Assembly (NCBI GenBank): GCA_019313915.1 | Contig: JAFDAJ010000025.1 | Span: 1 to 61,171 of the forward strand | Source of the DNA: Deltaproteobacteria bacterium | GTDB lineage: Bacteria; Myxococcota_A; Polyangia; Polyangiales; Houyiibacteriaceae | DNA: 61,171 nt | Direction: 5' to 3' | In this document: one piece after another, positions 19,496 through 30,334 of the stretch | How the letters are laid out: each line of letters opens with the position of its first letter | Position numbering within the stretch: the first letter of the stretch is position 1 | Made by a program: the position numbers and the translations under genes | Notes under the pieces: generated by a model | What the model saw: only the letters and a program-made list of their open reading frames with translations | Told to the model about the DNA's origin: nothing | Database searches by the model: none

Positions 19496-22400
19496 TTACC
19501 CATTTCCCTTCAGCTTGGGGTTTGGGTTTCGGATGCGCGCAAGGAACGAGGTTCGGGGTCGTGTGCCGATTTCGGCAAGGAGCTTGTAGTTGCGGTTGAC
19601 TGCCAACCACCTGGCCACCGTGCTCTTCGGGTCATTGAGGTCGCCAAACGCGATCGCCCCCGTCGGGCAGGCTTGCTGGCACGCGCTCTTGATATCGCCG
19701 TCCTTGAGCTTGCGGCCTTCCCGCTTGACGGCGATCTTCCCTTCTTCGATGCGCTGTACGCAGTACGTGCACTTCTCCATCACGCCGCGCATGCGGACGG
19801 TGACATTGGGGTTGAACTGAAGCTTCCTGGACTCGGGGAACTCTTCGAACCAGCCGAACTCGTCGTCCAAGTGGCCGTGCCAGTCGAGGTAGTTGTAGCG
19901 GCGAACCTTGTACGGGCAGTTGTTCGCGCAGTAACGAGTGCCGACACACCGGTTGTAGGCCATGTCGTTGAGGCCCTCGGGTGTGTGTGTCGTCGCGTTG
20001 ACCGGGCACACGTTCTCACACGGCGCTTCCTCGCACTGCTGGCACGTGACCGGCTGCACTGCGACATCAGGATTGTTTGGGTCGTCCCCGACGAAGTAGC
20101 GGTCGATGCGAAGCCAGTGCATCTCGCGACCGCGCTCCACCTCGAACTTGCCGACCGCGGGGATGTTGTTCTCCGACTGGCATGCAATGACACAAGCGTT
20201 ACAGCCTGTGCACCCGTTGAGGTCGATCGCCATGCCCCACTTGTAGCCCTCGCTGTAGTCCTGCTGCTTCCACAGCGGAGGCGTGCTCACGGGGTCGACC
20301 GACCGGTAGGAAGCGAAGTCGGGCTCCTTCTTGTACTCGTCGAGCGTCGCGTCGATGGCGATCGGGCGACCTTCCATGCGATCGTGCGTCTGCGTCTGAA
20401 CCAGGGTGTACGCCTCGCCAAGCACCTCGATGGTCACGCCGTCCGTGAAGTCCATGCCATCGCTGGTGCGAAGCGGATTGACGTCGAAGCCCTTGCCATT
20501 GCCGTAGCGTCCCGCGGCGGTGCGCCCCCAACCGAGCGTCAGCGTCACGCAGTAGTCGGCGTGTCCGGGGACGATCCACGCCGGGACTTCGACCTTGGCG
20601 TCGCCCTTGGTGAGGCGAAGCATTTGGCCCTTCTTCACGCCGAGCGCCTCGCTGGTTGCAGGCGAGATGAGTGCCGCATTGTCCCAAACCAGCTTCGTCA
20701 TCGGGCTAGGCAGCTCGAGCGCCCACAGGTTGTTCGCATGCGCGCCGTCCCATAGGGCCGGATCCGGCTCGAAGCTCACCTCGAGGTTGTCCTTGCTAAC
20801 CGTCTGTCGAGTCCGGAGGAGGAGGAGCGTTTCGACAAGCTTGGCGAAACTCATCGGCGGCTTGCTCTGCGAGGGGTTCAGCAGAACACCGGTGTGAAGG
20901 GCGCGTCGCCAGATGGCATCAGCGTTCAGATCCGCGGGCGAAACTCCAAAGTCGAGCAGCGCCTTCGTATCCTTGCTGATCTGGGAAGCTTGGGTCTCCC
21001 GAACGATGTCATGGCCGCTGGTAGTCTTGTCGCCAGCCAGAGCTGCTAGGAACTCTATCTCGCTTCGGCCCCCATAGAGAGGCGCGATCAGCGGCTGCTG
21101 GATCGCGACCGAGCCGTCCAGTGACTGTTGATCTCCCCAGGTCTCGAACTCGTGCGTGAGTGGCGCGTGCCAAGAGCAGAGCTCCGAGGTCTCGTTGCGA
21201 TGGGTCGAAAGATGGACCGATGTGAGTCCTTCTCGGCCGAGGAGGTCGGCAAACTTCACGTCCGCAGGCGCGTCGTACGCGGGGTTGCCGCCCAGCATGA
21301 CGAGCGACGAGATCGCCTCGGCATCTTTCGCCAACTCCGTGATGCCCGCACGACTGGTAGAGTCGTCGGTATCGATGGCGGAGCCGAAGAACGTGGTCGC
21401 GCCGAAGTTGCCAAGCGCGCCGTTGATGACGGTCGCGAGCGCGTGGACGTAGGCGGGCTGACCTGCGCCGGCAATCACCATCGAGCGGCCCGCGTTTTGC
21501 AGCAGGTCGTCGGCGAGCGGGGTTAGCCATGTCAGATCCAACCCCTCCAAATCCGCGCTACCACTGCCTCTTTGGACGATGTCGGCGACCTGTTTGAGGC
21601 TGTCGACTCCGCGTGCCGCAAGAACGAACATCAATACCCGCGCGAACCAGCCAATATCAGCCTGAGGCATGCGCAGCCGGTGGTCGGCCATGGTTCCCGT
21701 CACCGTGAGATTCGACTCGACAACGTAGAGTCGGCTCATGGGCGCATCTGGGGACACTATGCCACGCGTCTGGGCGAATCGGCGCCCCGCGGCCACAGCG
21801 CCCGGCTCGGAGCCCAGGAAATCCGCCCCCAGTGAGAGAGTCACCATCGATCTCGAATGATCGTAGAACGGAACGCTCGGCACTCCCTGCATCAGCATCC
21901 GAGCGCCTTCGCGCGCGTTGTCATCGTTGATCGGGCTGTACGTGTGGAAGCGCGCCTTGGGGAACTTCTCGACCACCTTGCCGCGCATCCGCCGGAATGA
22001 TGGGCTGTTCGAAATCGGCGCAAGGAAGCGAAGACCAGCGCCCTCGTCCCCCTTGTGCTTTGTGACCAGCGCCTTCAGCGCTTTGTCGAAATCCGCGTCG
22101 GTGACGTTCGCAAGTGCGTTGCCGCGACGCTGCGCGGGCGATTGAGAACGGTCCGGGTCGTACAGATCCCAGATGTAGGCCTGCGCCCGAACGTCTGTAC
22201 CGCCAAGGCTCCTCGTGTGCTGCTCGTTGCCCTCGACCTTGGTCGGGCGACCGTCGTGATTCGTCACCACGACTCCGAGTGAATCGCGACCACGCGAAGT
22301 CACCGTCGCGAAGTGCGAGGGGACGCCGGGAACCAAGTACTCCGGGGCCTTGCTGTAAGGCAGGATCTCATTTTCGGGACGGCGAACACAGCCCTGAAGG

Positions 22401-22612
22401 CCTGCGGCCAGCGCAGCTATCGATGAGCCCTGCACGAACGAACGACGTGAGACGAGCGCTTTCGGGCTCAAGAGGTCGGTGAGGAAGCCGCCTGGCTGCT
22501 CTTCCTCTGCGAGCTGCTGAAGCTCTCGCGGATCGGCATTCTTGTCCTCGAGCATCCGCCACATCGACCGACCTTTACCCGGACTCAGCTCATATGGTTT
22601 TCTGCGGGTCAT
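19496..22612 (-). CDS. actB: Alternative complex III subunit ActB (molybdopterin-fold plus Fe-S domains)
   Basis: Tat motif SRRSFVQ; GRPTKVEGN; [44 protein letters not shown]. Confidence 0.95.
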   Translation of the reverse strand: MTRRKPYELSPGKGRSMWRMLEDKNADPRELQQLAEEEQPGGFLTDLLSPKALVSRRSFVQGSSIAALAAGLQGCVRRPENEILPYSKAPEYLVPGVPSHFATVTSRGRDSLGVVVTNHDGRPTKVEGNEQHTRSLGGTDVRAQAYIWDLYDPDRSQSPAQRRGNALANVTDADFDKALKALVTKHKGDEGAGLRFLAPISNSPSFRRMRGKVVEKFPKARFHTYSPINDDNAREGARMLMQGVPSVPFYDHSRSMVTLSLGADFLGSEPGAVAAGRRFAQTRGIVSPDAPMSRLYVVESNLTVTGTMADHRLRMPQADIGWFARVLMFVLAARGVDSLKQVADIVQRGSGSADLEGLDLTWLTPLADDLLQNAGRSMVIAGAGQPAYVHALATVINGALGNFGATTFFGSAIDTDDSTSRAGITELAKDAEAISSLVMLGGNPAYDAPADVKFADLLGREGLTSVHLSTHRNETSELCSWHAPLTHEFETWGDQQSLDGSVAIQQPLIAPLYGGRSEIEFLAALAGDKTTSGHDIVRETQASQISKDTKALLDFGVSPADLNADAIWRRALHTGVLLNPSQSKPPMSFAKLVETLLLLRTRQTVSKDNLEVSFEPDPALWDGAHANNLWALELPSPMTKLVWDNAALISPATSEALGVKKGQMLRLTKGDAKVEVPAWIVPGHADYCVTLTLGWGRTAAGRYGNGKGFDVNPLRTSDGMDFTDGVTIEVLGEAYTLVQTQTHDRMEGRPIAIDATLDEYKKEPDFASYRSVDPVSTPPLWKQQDYSEGYKWGMAIDLNGCTGCNACVIACQSENNIPAVGKFEVERGREMHWLRIDRYFVGDDPNNPDVAVQPVTCQQCEEAPCENVCPVNATTHTPEGLNDMAYNRCVGTRYCANNCPYKVRRYNYLDWHGHLDDEFGWFEEFPESRKLQFNPNVTVRMRGVMEKCTYCVQRIEEGKIAVKREGRKLKDGDIKSACQQACPTGAIAFGDLNDPKSTVARWLAVNRNYKLLAEIGTRPRTSFLARIRNPNPKLKGNG

Positions 22613-23247
22613 CGGTGGCACCCCGAACAATGCTCAGGTGGATTGAGGGCGGCGGCGATTTCGGCGCGCTGAGCGACCCAAGCCTCGTCGGCTTCCCACT
22701 TCATATTGGTGACCTCACTCTTTGGTCGAATGTGTGGCTCCGGATTGCGGTGACACTCCAAGCACCACTGCATCGCGAGCGGCGCGACGACCCCAACGAC
22801 CTCCATCTGGTCGACACGGCCGTGGCAAGAGGCGCAGCCCACACCTGCTCTGACATGGGCGCTGTGATTGAAAAACGCGTGGTCCGGAAGCTGGTGGACG
22901 CGAACCCACGCAAGCGACTCGTCGGTCTCCCAGCTCTCCCGTACCGGCGCCAGCTTCTCCGACTCGGCGTGCACGACCGCGTGGCAGCCCATGCATGTCT
23001 GCGTCGGCGGCACCATCGCTTCGTGCGAGCGCTCTACCTGGGAGTGGCAATAGCGACAGTCCATGCCGAGCTCGCCGGCATGCAAACGGTGGCTGTAGTC
23101 AACGGGCTGCTTCGGCGTGTAGCCAACCTGGAGGTTGGGCGGGGTGAAGTAGACCCAAAACAAAAGGAACACGCCTCCTCCGAGTCCGCCGGCCACGACG
23201 GCCAGCGCGAGGGGCAAGGAGTTCAACTCGCGGGGGAAAATCTGCAT
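22609..23247 (-). CDS. actA: Alternative complex III pentaheme cytochrome ActA
   Basis: Five CxxCH motifs (CRYCH, CMGCH, CASCH, CLECH, CSGCH); QPVDYSHRLHAG; one N-terminal TM. Confidence 0.95.
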   Translation of the reverse strand: MQIFPRELNSLPLALAVVAGGLGGGVFLLFWVYFTPPNLQVGYTPKQPVDYSHRLHAGELGMDCRYCHSQVERSHEAMVPPTQTCMGCHAVVHAESEKLAPVRESWETDESLAWVRVHQLPDHAFFNHSAHVRAGVGCASCHGRVDQMEVVGVVAPLAMQWCLECHRNPEPHIRPKSEVTNMKWEADEAWVAQRAEIAAALNPPEHCSGCHR

Positions 23248-23399
23248 GCTGCGTTTTCTCTTGAGTCCTCTAAACGACCGGCCGCCATTTAGGCGAAGCA
23301 CGGGGGTCGGACAAGCCAGTTCGTCATTTTTTGACGAACAACATCCAGGCGGCGTTCGCGCAGCAGCACTGCACTCGACTTCTTCTTCTCCCTGCGGGC

Positions 23400-23488
23400 C
23401 CGTTAGGGCCGCTCCTAGAGCCGGTCAAGCCCGGAACGGTCCCACACGCGGAAGCCTATATCGCTGGACAAGCCGAAATGGTCAAGCC
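23400..23488 (-). promoter_or_regulatory. Candidate tandem promoters for the act-cox operon
   Basis: Two GGCTTGACC elements on the minus strand (23423-23431, 23480-23488): TTGACC-N17-TAACGG and TTGACC-N19-TATAGG. Confidence 0.35.
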
Positions 23489-23620
23489 TCCGGAATGATT
23501 TGTGGGGTGGCATACCGATGAGCGGCCCAGGAAGCTGGCAACTCATCGAATTCTCCGCATTTCCGTGAACTTCATTGCCCTAATATCGATATTTTCCGTT
23601 GGGACCGTTACAATCCAGAT

Positions 23621-25618
23621 GTGCCAAGACCGTCTTCACCGCCGCCGGCGCCGCCGCCGAATACACCGTTGGGCGATTATACGTTGGTCGACCGCATTGC
23701 GGTCGGAGGGATGGCGGAAGTGTTTCGCGCACTCGAGCCGCGTGCGGTCGGTGAGCCGCGAGTCGTGGTGTTGAAGCGAATGCTCCCGCACATCGCGGAC
23801 GAGTCCAACGCTCAACGAATGTTCGCCGAGGAGGCGCGACTCGCAGGTCATGTCAGTCATCCAAACGTCGTTCACGTGCTCGGCCATGGTGAGATCGAAG
23901 GTCAGCCTTACCTCACGCTCGAGTACGTCCCAGGTTGCGACCTCTGGCGTCTCAATCGGCGCCTCACACTCGAAAGTAAGAAGCTCGAACACGATCTCGT
24001 CGTCTATCTGGTGCGCCAGATCTTGAGCGGTCTGGACGCCGTGCACGCCGCGACCGACCACGACGGGGGCGCTCTAGGGATCGTACATCGGGATATCAGC
24101 CCATCTAACGTGCTGATCTCGATCCACGGCGATGTGAAGATTGCCGACTTTGGGATCGCGCGGGCCGACGTCAATGCATTCGAAGCCGACACCCTAGCGC
24201 GCGCTAACGGTAAGCTCGGCTACCTCGCCCCGGAGCAAGTCTCGGGCGGAAATGTCGACCAACGCGCCGATCTGTTTTCGACCGGCGTCATCGCCGCGGA
24301 GCTCTTCATGCGGCGGCCGTTGTTCGCGGGAGGCAGCGAGCTCGCGGTGCTGCTCGCGATTCGCGACGCGGAGGTTCACCCGTTCGTCGAGTTCCTTCCG
24401 CAGCTTCCAGAGGGGCTTGGCGGAGTGATCCTCAAGGCCCTCTCGGCAAACGTCGAGGAACGCCCCCCGACGGCGCGCGCGTTTTGGGCGGCGCTCGAGC
24501 CGTGGCAGAGCCGGCCCGAAGAAGTGTTGCGTGCGGAGCTGGCGAAGATCGTCGCATCGATCGCGAGCAAAACCCGCACGCGCAAGACCTCGGCCGATAC
24601 CGTGCCGAAGGCGACGATGCCGCCCACTCCAATGGTGCTCGCGAACGAACACCCCATCACGACGAATGTCACGCCGCTCGAATACAAGATCCGAAAGCCG
24701 AACGGTGCAACCGTGGGACCTCTGGCGTACGCGAAGATCGTCGAGTCGGTCGCCACGGGGCAGATCGACGGCAACGACCACATCAGCATCGCGGGCGGCG
24801 AGTTCCAACCGTTATCGTCCGTCAAAGATCTATACCGTCACGTTCCCGCGTCGTGCATGACGCCAACGACGGCACGCGTCGAATCCGCGGCGGCCGCCGA
24901 CCGGAGCATGGACTTCGAGGATGGCGGGTTCGTGAGTGCACTGGTTCGCACCCTGGTCACGCGCCGCACGGGCCTCTGGCTGTGCGAACAAGGCGGGGTC
25001 CGCAAGGAGGTCTACACGAAGGACGGCGTCCCGGCTTTCGTGACCAGCAACCTCGCCGGCGAGCTACTCGGCGAGCACCTCGTCAAGGAGCAAGTCATCA
25101 AGCGCAGCGAGCTCGACATGGCGTTGGCTGTCATGCCGCGTTTCGAAGGCAAGCTCGGCGATACCCTCGTCGCGCTCGGTCTCGTCGAGCCACTAGATCT
25201 CTTTCAGCACATTGCTGAGCAAGTCCGCGAGAAGCTTTTGGACTTGTTCACGTGGACCTCCGGGACCGCAACCTTCTACGAAGGGGTAGACCCCCCCAGC
25301 AGCGGCTTTCCACTGCGCCTCGACGCTTGGGAGATCCTCGACCGTGGTCTGCAGCGGCGTATCGCCGCCGGCTTCGAGAGCGCGCTCATCCTAGAGCGGG
25401 GACAAGATTCCGTCGTCCAGGTGGACCGAGTCGATACTGCGGTGGCGATCGCTGCCCTTCCCGAGGACCTCCGCGCTGCGCTTCGGCTCTGCAAGACGCC
25501 GCACTCCGTCGAGGAAGTCGCCCAATTCGTGACCCAGCAGCCCGGGAACACCGACCCTCAACGGGGATACCGAGTCGTGGCCATCCTGCTGAGCCTGGGC
25601 GCCATTCACTGGATGTGA
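23621..25618 (+). CDS. Hanks-type Ser/Thr protein kinase with GYF_2-like and DUF4388-like C-terminal domains
   Basis: GGMAEVF, VLKR, HRDISPSN, DFG, YLAPE, DLFSTG; C-terminal RRTGLW..KEVYTKDG..LGEHLV. Confidence 0.92.
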   Translation: MPRPSSPPPAPPPNTPLGDYTLVDRIAVGGMAEVFRALEPRAVGEPRVVVLKRMLPHIADESNAQRMFAEEARLAGHVSHPNVVHVLGHGEIEGQPYLTLEYVPGCDLWRLNRRLTLESKKLEHDLVVYLVRQILSGLDAVHAATDHDGGALGIVHRDISPSNVLISIHGDVKIADFGIARADVNAFEADTLARANGKLGYLAPEQVSGGNVDQRADLFSTGVIAAELFMRRPLFAGGSELAVLLAIRDAEVHPFVEFLPQLPEGLGGVILKALSANVEERPPTARAFWAALEPWQSRPEEVLRAELAKIVASIASKTRTRKTSADTVPKATMPPTPMVLANEHPITTNVTPLEYKIRKPNGATVGPLAYAKIVESVATGQIDGNDHISIAGGEFQPLSSVKDLYRHVPASCMTPTTARVESAAAADRSMDFEDGGFVSALVRTLVTRRTGLWLCEQGGVRKEVYTKDGVPAFVTSNLAGELLGEHLVKEQVIKRSELDMALAVMPRFEGKLGDTLVALGLVEPLDLFQHIAEQVREKLLDLFTWTSGTATFYEGVDPPSSGFPLRLDAWEILDRGLQRRIAAGFESALILERGQDSVVQVDRVDTAVAIAALPEDLRAALRLCKTPHSVEEVAQFVTQQPGNTDPQRGYRVVAILLSLGAIHWM

Positions 25619-25636
25619 CCTGGGAGCCCTCCCTCC

Positions 25637-25665
25637 TTGACCCCTCCATGAGCTGCTGCTAGCTC
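25637..25665 (+). promoter_or_regulatory. Sigma-70-like promoter of serA-hisZ-purA
   Basis: TTGACC-N17-TAGCTC with extended TG. Confidence 0.5.
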
Positions 25666-25705
25666 TGCGCCCGGCTTTTTGGGGCCGAATTCCATAGGAG
25701 TAGCC

Positions 25706-27295
25706 ATGTCCAACGTACGTGTTCTCGTGTCTGACAAACTCGCCGAGGCGGGTCTCAGGGTCCTGCGCGAGGCCCCGGGTGTCGAGCTCGAGTTTCGCCC
25801 CGGCATGAGTGAAGATGAGCTGTGTAGTGTCATCGGAGAGTACGACGGACTCATCATTCGTTCGGCAACGCAGGTCACTCCTCGGGTCGTCGAGGAAGCG
25901 CACAAGCTGAGGGTCGTCGGCCGCGCGGGCATCGGGGTCGATAACGTCGACATCCCGGCTGCAAGCCGTCGCGGCATCGTCGTGATGAACACCCCGACGG
26001 GCAACTCGGTGACGACCGCCGAGCACGCGTTGGCTCTCCTTGCTTCACTGGCGAGGAAGATTCCTCAAGCCGTTGCTTCGATGCGCACTGGCAAGTGGGA
26101 GAAGAGCAAGTTCCAAGGCCGCGAGATCGCTTACAAGACACTGGGCATCATCGGTCTAGGCAACATTGGGCGCATCGTCGCCGACCGCGCCCAAGGCCTC
26201 AAGATGAAGGTCATCGGCGTGGATCCGGTGATGAGTAGCGATCGCGCTGCCGAGCTCGGCATCGAGCTGGTCGAGTTCGATGAGCTGCTGAAGCGAGTGG
26301 ACTTCTTGACCATTCACGCGCCGCTCACGCCCGAGACGAAGAACATGATCAACGACGCGGCGTTCGACAAAATGAAGAGCGGCGCCCTGCTCGTCAACGC
26401 AGCCCGAGGGGGCATCGTCGACGAAGAGGCCCTGGCTCGCGCGATCACCGAAGGCAAGATCGCCGGCGCCGCCCTCGATGTGTTCGCCCAAGAGCCGATC
26501 GACCCCGACCACCCGCTGCTTGGGCTCGACAACGTATTGTGCACGCCGCACCTGGGAGCTTCCACTTCGGAGGCGCAGGAGCGCGTTGCGGTCGAAATCG
26601 CGGAGCAAGCGGTGAGCTACCTCCAGCAGGGGATCGTGAAGAACGCGGTCAACGTGCCCGCGCTTCCACAGGAAATCGCGGAACGGCTCACGCCGTACGT
26701 GGACGTCGCCAAGGCCCTCGGCAGCCTGATCGGTCAGCTCGATCCGATCGACGTGCGCGAGCTGAGGGTGACCTGCACCGGCGAGGCAGGCGAGCTTGGC
26801 GTGACACCGATCGCGCGCGCTGCGCTTGCCGGCTTCCTCGAACAGCACCTCGAGGAGCCCGTCAATCCAATCAGCGCGCCGTACGAGGCACAGGAGCGCG
26901 GCATTCGGCTAGCCGAAGTCAAAGAGGCGAGTGACCGGTACGCCACGACGATACGCGTGACCGTCACCGGCGAAAAAGGCATCCACACGGCAACCGGTAC
27001 GCCGGGCCGCAAGGGTGAGCCGCGTCTCGTCGGTCTGGAAGGCTACGAGATCGACGCCGTGATGGAAGGCTCGATCCTCATCATGCGCAACCAGGACCGC
27101 CCCGGCGTCATCGGGTCGGTCGGCACCCTGCTCGGCAGCCGAGGGATCAACGTCTCCCGGATGCAGGTGGGGCTCGACGAAAAGAGAGGCCAAGCCTTGG
27201 CGCTCTGGAACGTCGATACAACAGTCGGCAACGATGTTCTCGATGATCTTCGCGGCCTCGATCACGTCAGCAGTGTGCATACCCTGAGGCTCTGA
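25706..27295 (+). CDS. serA: D-3-phosphoglycerate dehydrogenase
   Basis: GRAGIGVDNVD, GLGNIG, NAARGGIVDE, TPHLGAST, C-terminal ACT domain DRPGVIG; AGGAG RBS. Confidence 0.97.
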   Translation: MSNVRVLVSDKLAEAGLRVLREAPGVELEFRPGMSEDELCSVIGEYDGLIIRSATQVTPRVVEEAHKLRVVGRAGIGVDNVDIPAASRRGIVVMNTPTGNSVTTAEHALALLASLARKIPQAVASMRTGKWEKSKFQGREIAYKTLGIIGLGNIGRIVADRAQGLKMKVIGVDPVMSSDRAAELGIELVEFDELLKRVDFLTIHAPLTPETKNMINDAAFDKMKSGALLVNAARGGIVDEEALARAITEGKIAGAALDVFAQEPIDPDHPLLGLDNVLCTPHLGASTSEAQERVAVEIAEQAVSYLQQGIVKNAVNVPALPQEIAERLTPYVDVAKALGSLIGQLDPIDVRELRVTCTGEAGELGVTPIARAALAGFLEQHLEEPVNPISAPYEAQERGIRLAEVKEASDRYATTIRVTVTGEKGIHTATGTPGRKGEPRLVGLEGYEIDAVMEGSILIMRNQDRPGVIGSVGTLLGSRGINVSRMQVGLDEKRGQALALWNVDTTVGNDVLDDLRGLDHVSSVHTLRL

Positions 27296-27296
27296 G

Positions 27297-28637
27297 ATGT
27301 CCCCATCGGCGCGAAAGCGACGTCGGAACGCGGCGCGGCTCGGAAGCTCGACTCCCGGGCTGCCGATGACTCCGCCCGGCGGAATGCGCGACCTGCTGCC
27401 ACCTGCGTCCATGACGCGGACTCTGCTTTGGCAGCGGCTGATGGAGACGTTCGACCTCTACGGCTACCAGCGAGTGACGACCCCGCCGGTAGAGTACGCC
27501 GAAGTCATCGAACGCGGGCTCGGAACGGTCGACCGGCGGGACCTGGTGCGCTTCGTCGAACCCGAGTCGGGGGAAGTTGCGCTCTTGCGTCCAGACATCA
27601 CGCCGCAGATCGCCCGCATCGTGGCGACCCGACTGCAGGATCGGCCTGCACCCTGGCGCCTCTCCTACGAAGGCACGATCGTGCGACGGCGACGCGGCCG
27701 CGCGCGCAAGCAGCGCCAAGTTCTGCAGTGCGGTATCGAATGCGTTGGGCTGAAGGGCCCCGAGGCGGACGCCGAAGTGATTGAAGTGGCCGTGCGCGCA
27801 TGTGAGCGCGTGGGCCTACAGGATTTCTTGGTCGAGCTCGCGCAGGTGAAGATCGGCACCGAGGTGCTCGACCACGTGCCCGAAGACGCGCGCCTAGCGG
27901 TTGTCGAAACGCTCGCGGCCAAGGACGCCACCAACCTCGAGAAGCTCCTCAAAGACTCTGGCGTCGTCGCTGCCGAGCGCAAACGGCTGCTGATGCTTTG
28001 TGATCTCTATGGCGACCGATCGGTGCTCGCCGATGCACGCCGCCGACTTCGGAACGCGGCCGCGAAGCGCGCGCTCGACGAGCTCGAGCGCGTGGTGGAT
28101 CGTCTCGAAGCGGCCGGACTGGGCAACCGCATCGCTATCGACCTCAGCGATCTGCGCCGCCACAGCTACTACACAGGCGTGAGCATGACGCTTCTGGCCG
28201 CCGGGCCGGGGGAGCCGCTCGGGATGGGCGGACGGTACGACGATCTTCTCAGTCGGTACGACGCGCCGGCGCCGGCGACGGGGTTTGCCTTCGAGGTAGA
28301 CAACGTCCTGTGGGCGCTCTCTGATGCGGGCGTCTCGCTCAGGGGCGATCTGCCCCTGCGAGTCGTGGTGGCTGGAGGCAGTTATGCTCGGCGTGGCAAG
28401 ACGGCGGGGCTCTGGCGGAACCGCGGCGCGCGCGTTGCGGTCATCCCGGCCAAAAGCGAGGTCGAGGCCAAACAGTATGCTCAGGCGTGGGGTTACGATC
28501 TATTGATCTGGCAACAACGGAGCAACGCGCGTCTGACGCGCGTGCAGGACGGACGCTCGCGCGCGCTCAAAGGTGAGCCCGGCGACGAGCTGTTCGACGA
28601 ATTGTCTTCTTGGGCACGAGTTGGGAACGAATCATGA
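27297..28637 (+). CDS. hisZ: ATP phosphoribosyltransferase regulatory subunit
   Basis: PGGMRDLLP, LRPDITPQIAR, YYTG, GGRYD; lies between serA and purA; start uncertain. Confidence 0.88.
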   Translation: MSPSARKRRRNAARLGSSTPGLPMTPPGGMRDLLPPASMTRTLLWQRLMETFDLYGYQRVTTPPVEYAEVIERGLGTVDRRDLVRFVEPESGEVALLRPDITPQIARIVATRLQDRPAPWRLSYEGTIVRRRRGRARKQRQVLQCGIECVGLKGPEADAEVIEVAVRACERVGLQDFLVELAQVKIGTEVLDHVPEDARLAVVETLAAKDATNLEKLLKDSGVVAAERKRLLMLCDLYGDRSVLADARRRLRNAAAKRALDELERVVDRLEAAGLGNRIAIDLSDLRRHSYYTGVSMTLLAAGPGEPLGMGGRYDDLLSRYDAPAPATGFAFEVDNVLWALSDAGVSLRGDLPLRVVVAGGSYARRGKTAGLWRNRGARVAVIPAKSEVEAKQYAQAWGYDLLIWQQRSNARLTRVQDGRSRALKGEPGDELFDELSSWARVGNES

Positions 28638-29914
28638 GTGCATTGGTGGTGGTAGGAGCCCAGTGGGGGGACGAGGGCAAGGGTAAGGTCGTCGACCTCT
28701 ACGCTCCGTACGCCGATCTCGTCGTTCGATACGCCGGCGGCGCAAACGCGGGGCACACACTGGTGGTGGACGGTGAGAAACAAATTCTCCATCTGATCCC
28801 CTCCGGCATCCTTCACGAGCAGACCAGGTGCGTGGTCGGCCAGGGCACCGTCATCGACCCGGCGGTGTTCCTGAAGGAGATCGAGACACTGAATGAGCGA
28901 GGCGTCGGAACCGAGGGCCGGCTTCTGGTGAGTCAGCGTGCGCATGTCGTGCTGCCGCATCACAAATTGATCGACGAGCTCCGCGAAAAGAAGTCGGGCA
29001 ACGCAATCGGAACGACCAAGCGGGGCATCGGCCCGTGCTATGAAGACAAAGTTGCGCGGAGAGGTGTTCGCATGGGCGACTTGCTCGATCCCGAGCGACT
29101 GCGCGGGAAGCTCGTGGCAAACCTCGACTGCTGGCGTCCGGTTACGGAAGACCTCGGTGGCGCCCTTCCGAGCGCCGACGAGATCGCCGCGCAGTACGCG
29201 GAGCTCGGCCAAGCGCTCCGGGCGTACATCGGCGACGCCGCGGAGATCGTTCGCACATCGATTCAGGCCGACGAGAAGATTCTTCTCGAGGGCGCACAGG
29301 GCACGATGCTCGACATCGACAATGGAACCTACCCCTTCGTCACGAGCTCGAACGCGGTTGCGGGCGGCGCGTGCGCGGGCGCGGGGATTGGCCCGACACA
29401 CATCCGGCGAGCCGTCGGGATTGCGAAAGCATACACGACCCGCGTCGGCGGTGGACCCTTCCCGACCGAGCTCGAAAACGTGACCGGCCAACGCCTCCGA
29501 GATGCGGGCGCCGAGTACGGCTCAACGACTGGGCGCCCCCGGCGCTGCGGGTGGCTCGATCTGGTCGCACTTCGTCACGCCGTCGCGGTCAACGGTCTGA
29601 ACGAGCTGGCTATCACGAAGCTCGACGTGCTGTCAGCACTGCCGGAACTCGAGGTCTGCGTGGCGTACGAGCTCGACGGCGAGCGCCTCGCCTACCCTCC
29701 ATACGAGCGCGTCGAGGACGTTCAACCCATCTACGAGACGCTCGAAGGCTGGAACGAAGATCTCACGTCGTGCCGCACCCGGGACGATCTTCCCCTCGCC
29801 GCCCAGCGGTACCTCGCGCGGATCGAGCAGGAAGTCGGGTGCCCCGTGGGCGTGGTCAGCGTAGGCCCCGACCGCGAAGACACCGCCGACCTGCGCGATC
29901 CCTTCAGCGCCTAG
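28634..29914 (+). CDS. purA: Adenylosuccinate synthetase
   Basis: GAQWGDEGKGK, GANAGHT, IGTTKRGIGP, EGAQG, TTGRPRRCGWLD. Confidence 0.98.
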   Translation: MSALVVVGAQWGDEGKGKVVDLYAPYADLVVRYAGGANAGHTLVVDGEKQILHLIPSGILHEQTRCVVGQGTVIDPAVFLKEIETLNERGVGTEGRLLVSQRAHVVLPHHKLIDELREKKSGNAIGTTKRGIGPCYEDKVARRGVRMGDLLDPERLRGKLVANLDCWRPVTEDLGGALPSADEIAAQYAELGQALRAYIGDAAEIVRTSIQADEKILLEGAQGTMLDIDNGTYPFVTSSNAVAGGACAGAGIGPTHIRRAVGIAKAYTTRVGGGPFPTELENVTGQRLRDAGAEYGSTTGRPRRCGWLDLVALRHAVAVNGLNELAITKLDVLSALPELEVCVAYELDGERLAYPPYERVEDVQPIYETLEGWNEDLTSCRTRDDLPLAAQRYLARIEQEVGCPVGVVSVGPDREDTADLRDPFSA

Positions 29915-29917
29915 GGT

Positions 29918-30310
29918 CTAGCCTTCGATCCTCGCGGTGAAGTCGATTTCGACCCTTGCTCCCTTCGGTAGCGCAGCAACCTGCACGGTCGCACGCGCCG
30001 GCGGAACGAGCCCCTCGAAGAACGCTGCATAAACCTGATTCATTGTCGAGAATTCACTCATATCCGCTAGATAGACAGTAGCTTTCACGACATCGCCTCG
30101 ATTCACTCCTGCTTTCTCGAGGACCGCGTCCAGGTTCTTCAACACCTGCCGTGTCTCAGCTTCGATATCTCCGTCACCGACCAGTTGGGCCTCGTCTGGG
30201 TCGAGGGCGATCTGCCCTGAACAGTAGACCCACTGCCCGACGGCGACCGCCTGGCAGTATGGGCCGATGGCGGCGGGCGCCCCATGAGTCTCGATTCGCT
30301 TCTTCGTCAT
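29918..30310 (-). CDS. ridA: RidA/YjgF/UK114 family enamine deaminase
   Basis: APAAIGPY, SGQI, PPARATVQVAALPKGARVEI. Confidence 0.92.
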   Translation of the reverse strand: MTKKRIETHGAPAAIGPYCQAVAVGQWVYCSGQIALDPDEAQLVGDGDIEAETRQVLKNLDAVLEKAGVNRGDVVKATVYLADMSEFSTMNQVYAAFFEGLVPPARATVQVAALPKGARVEIDFTARIEG

Positions 30311-30334
30311 GATTCCATGCTAGTTCATACTGGC

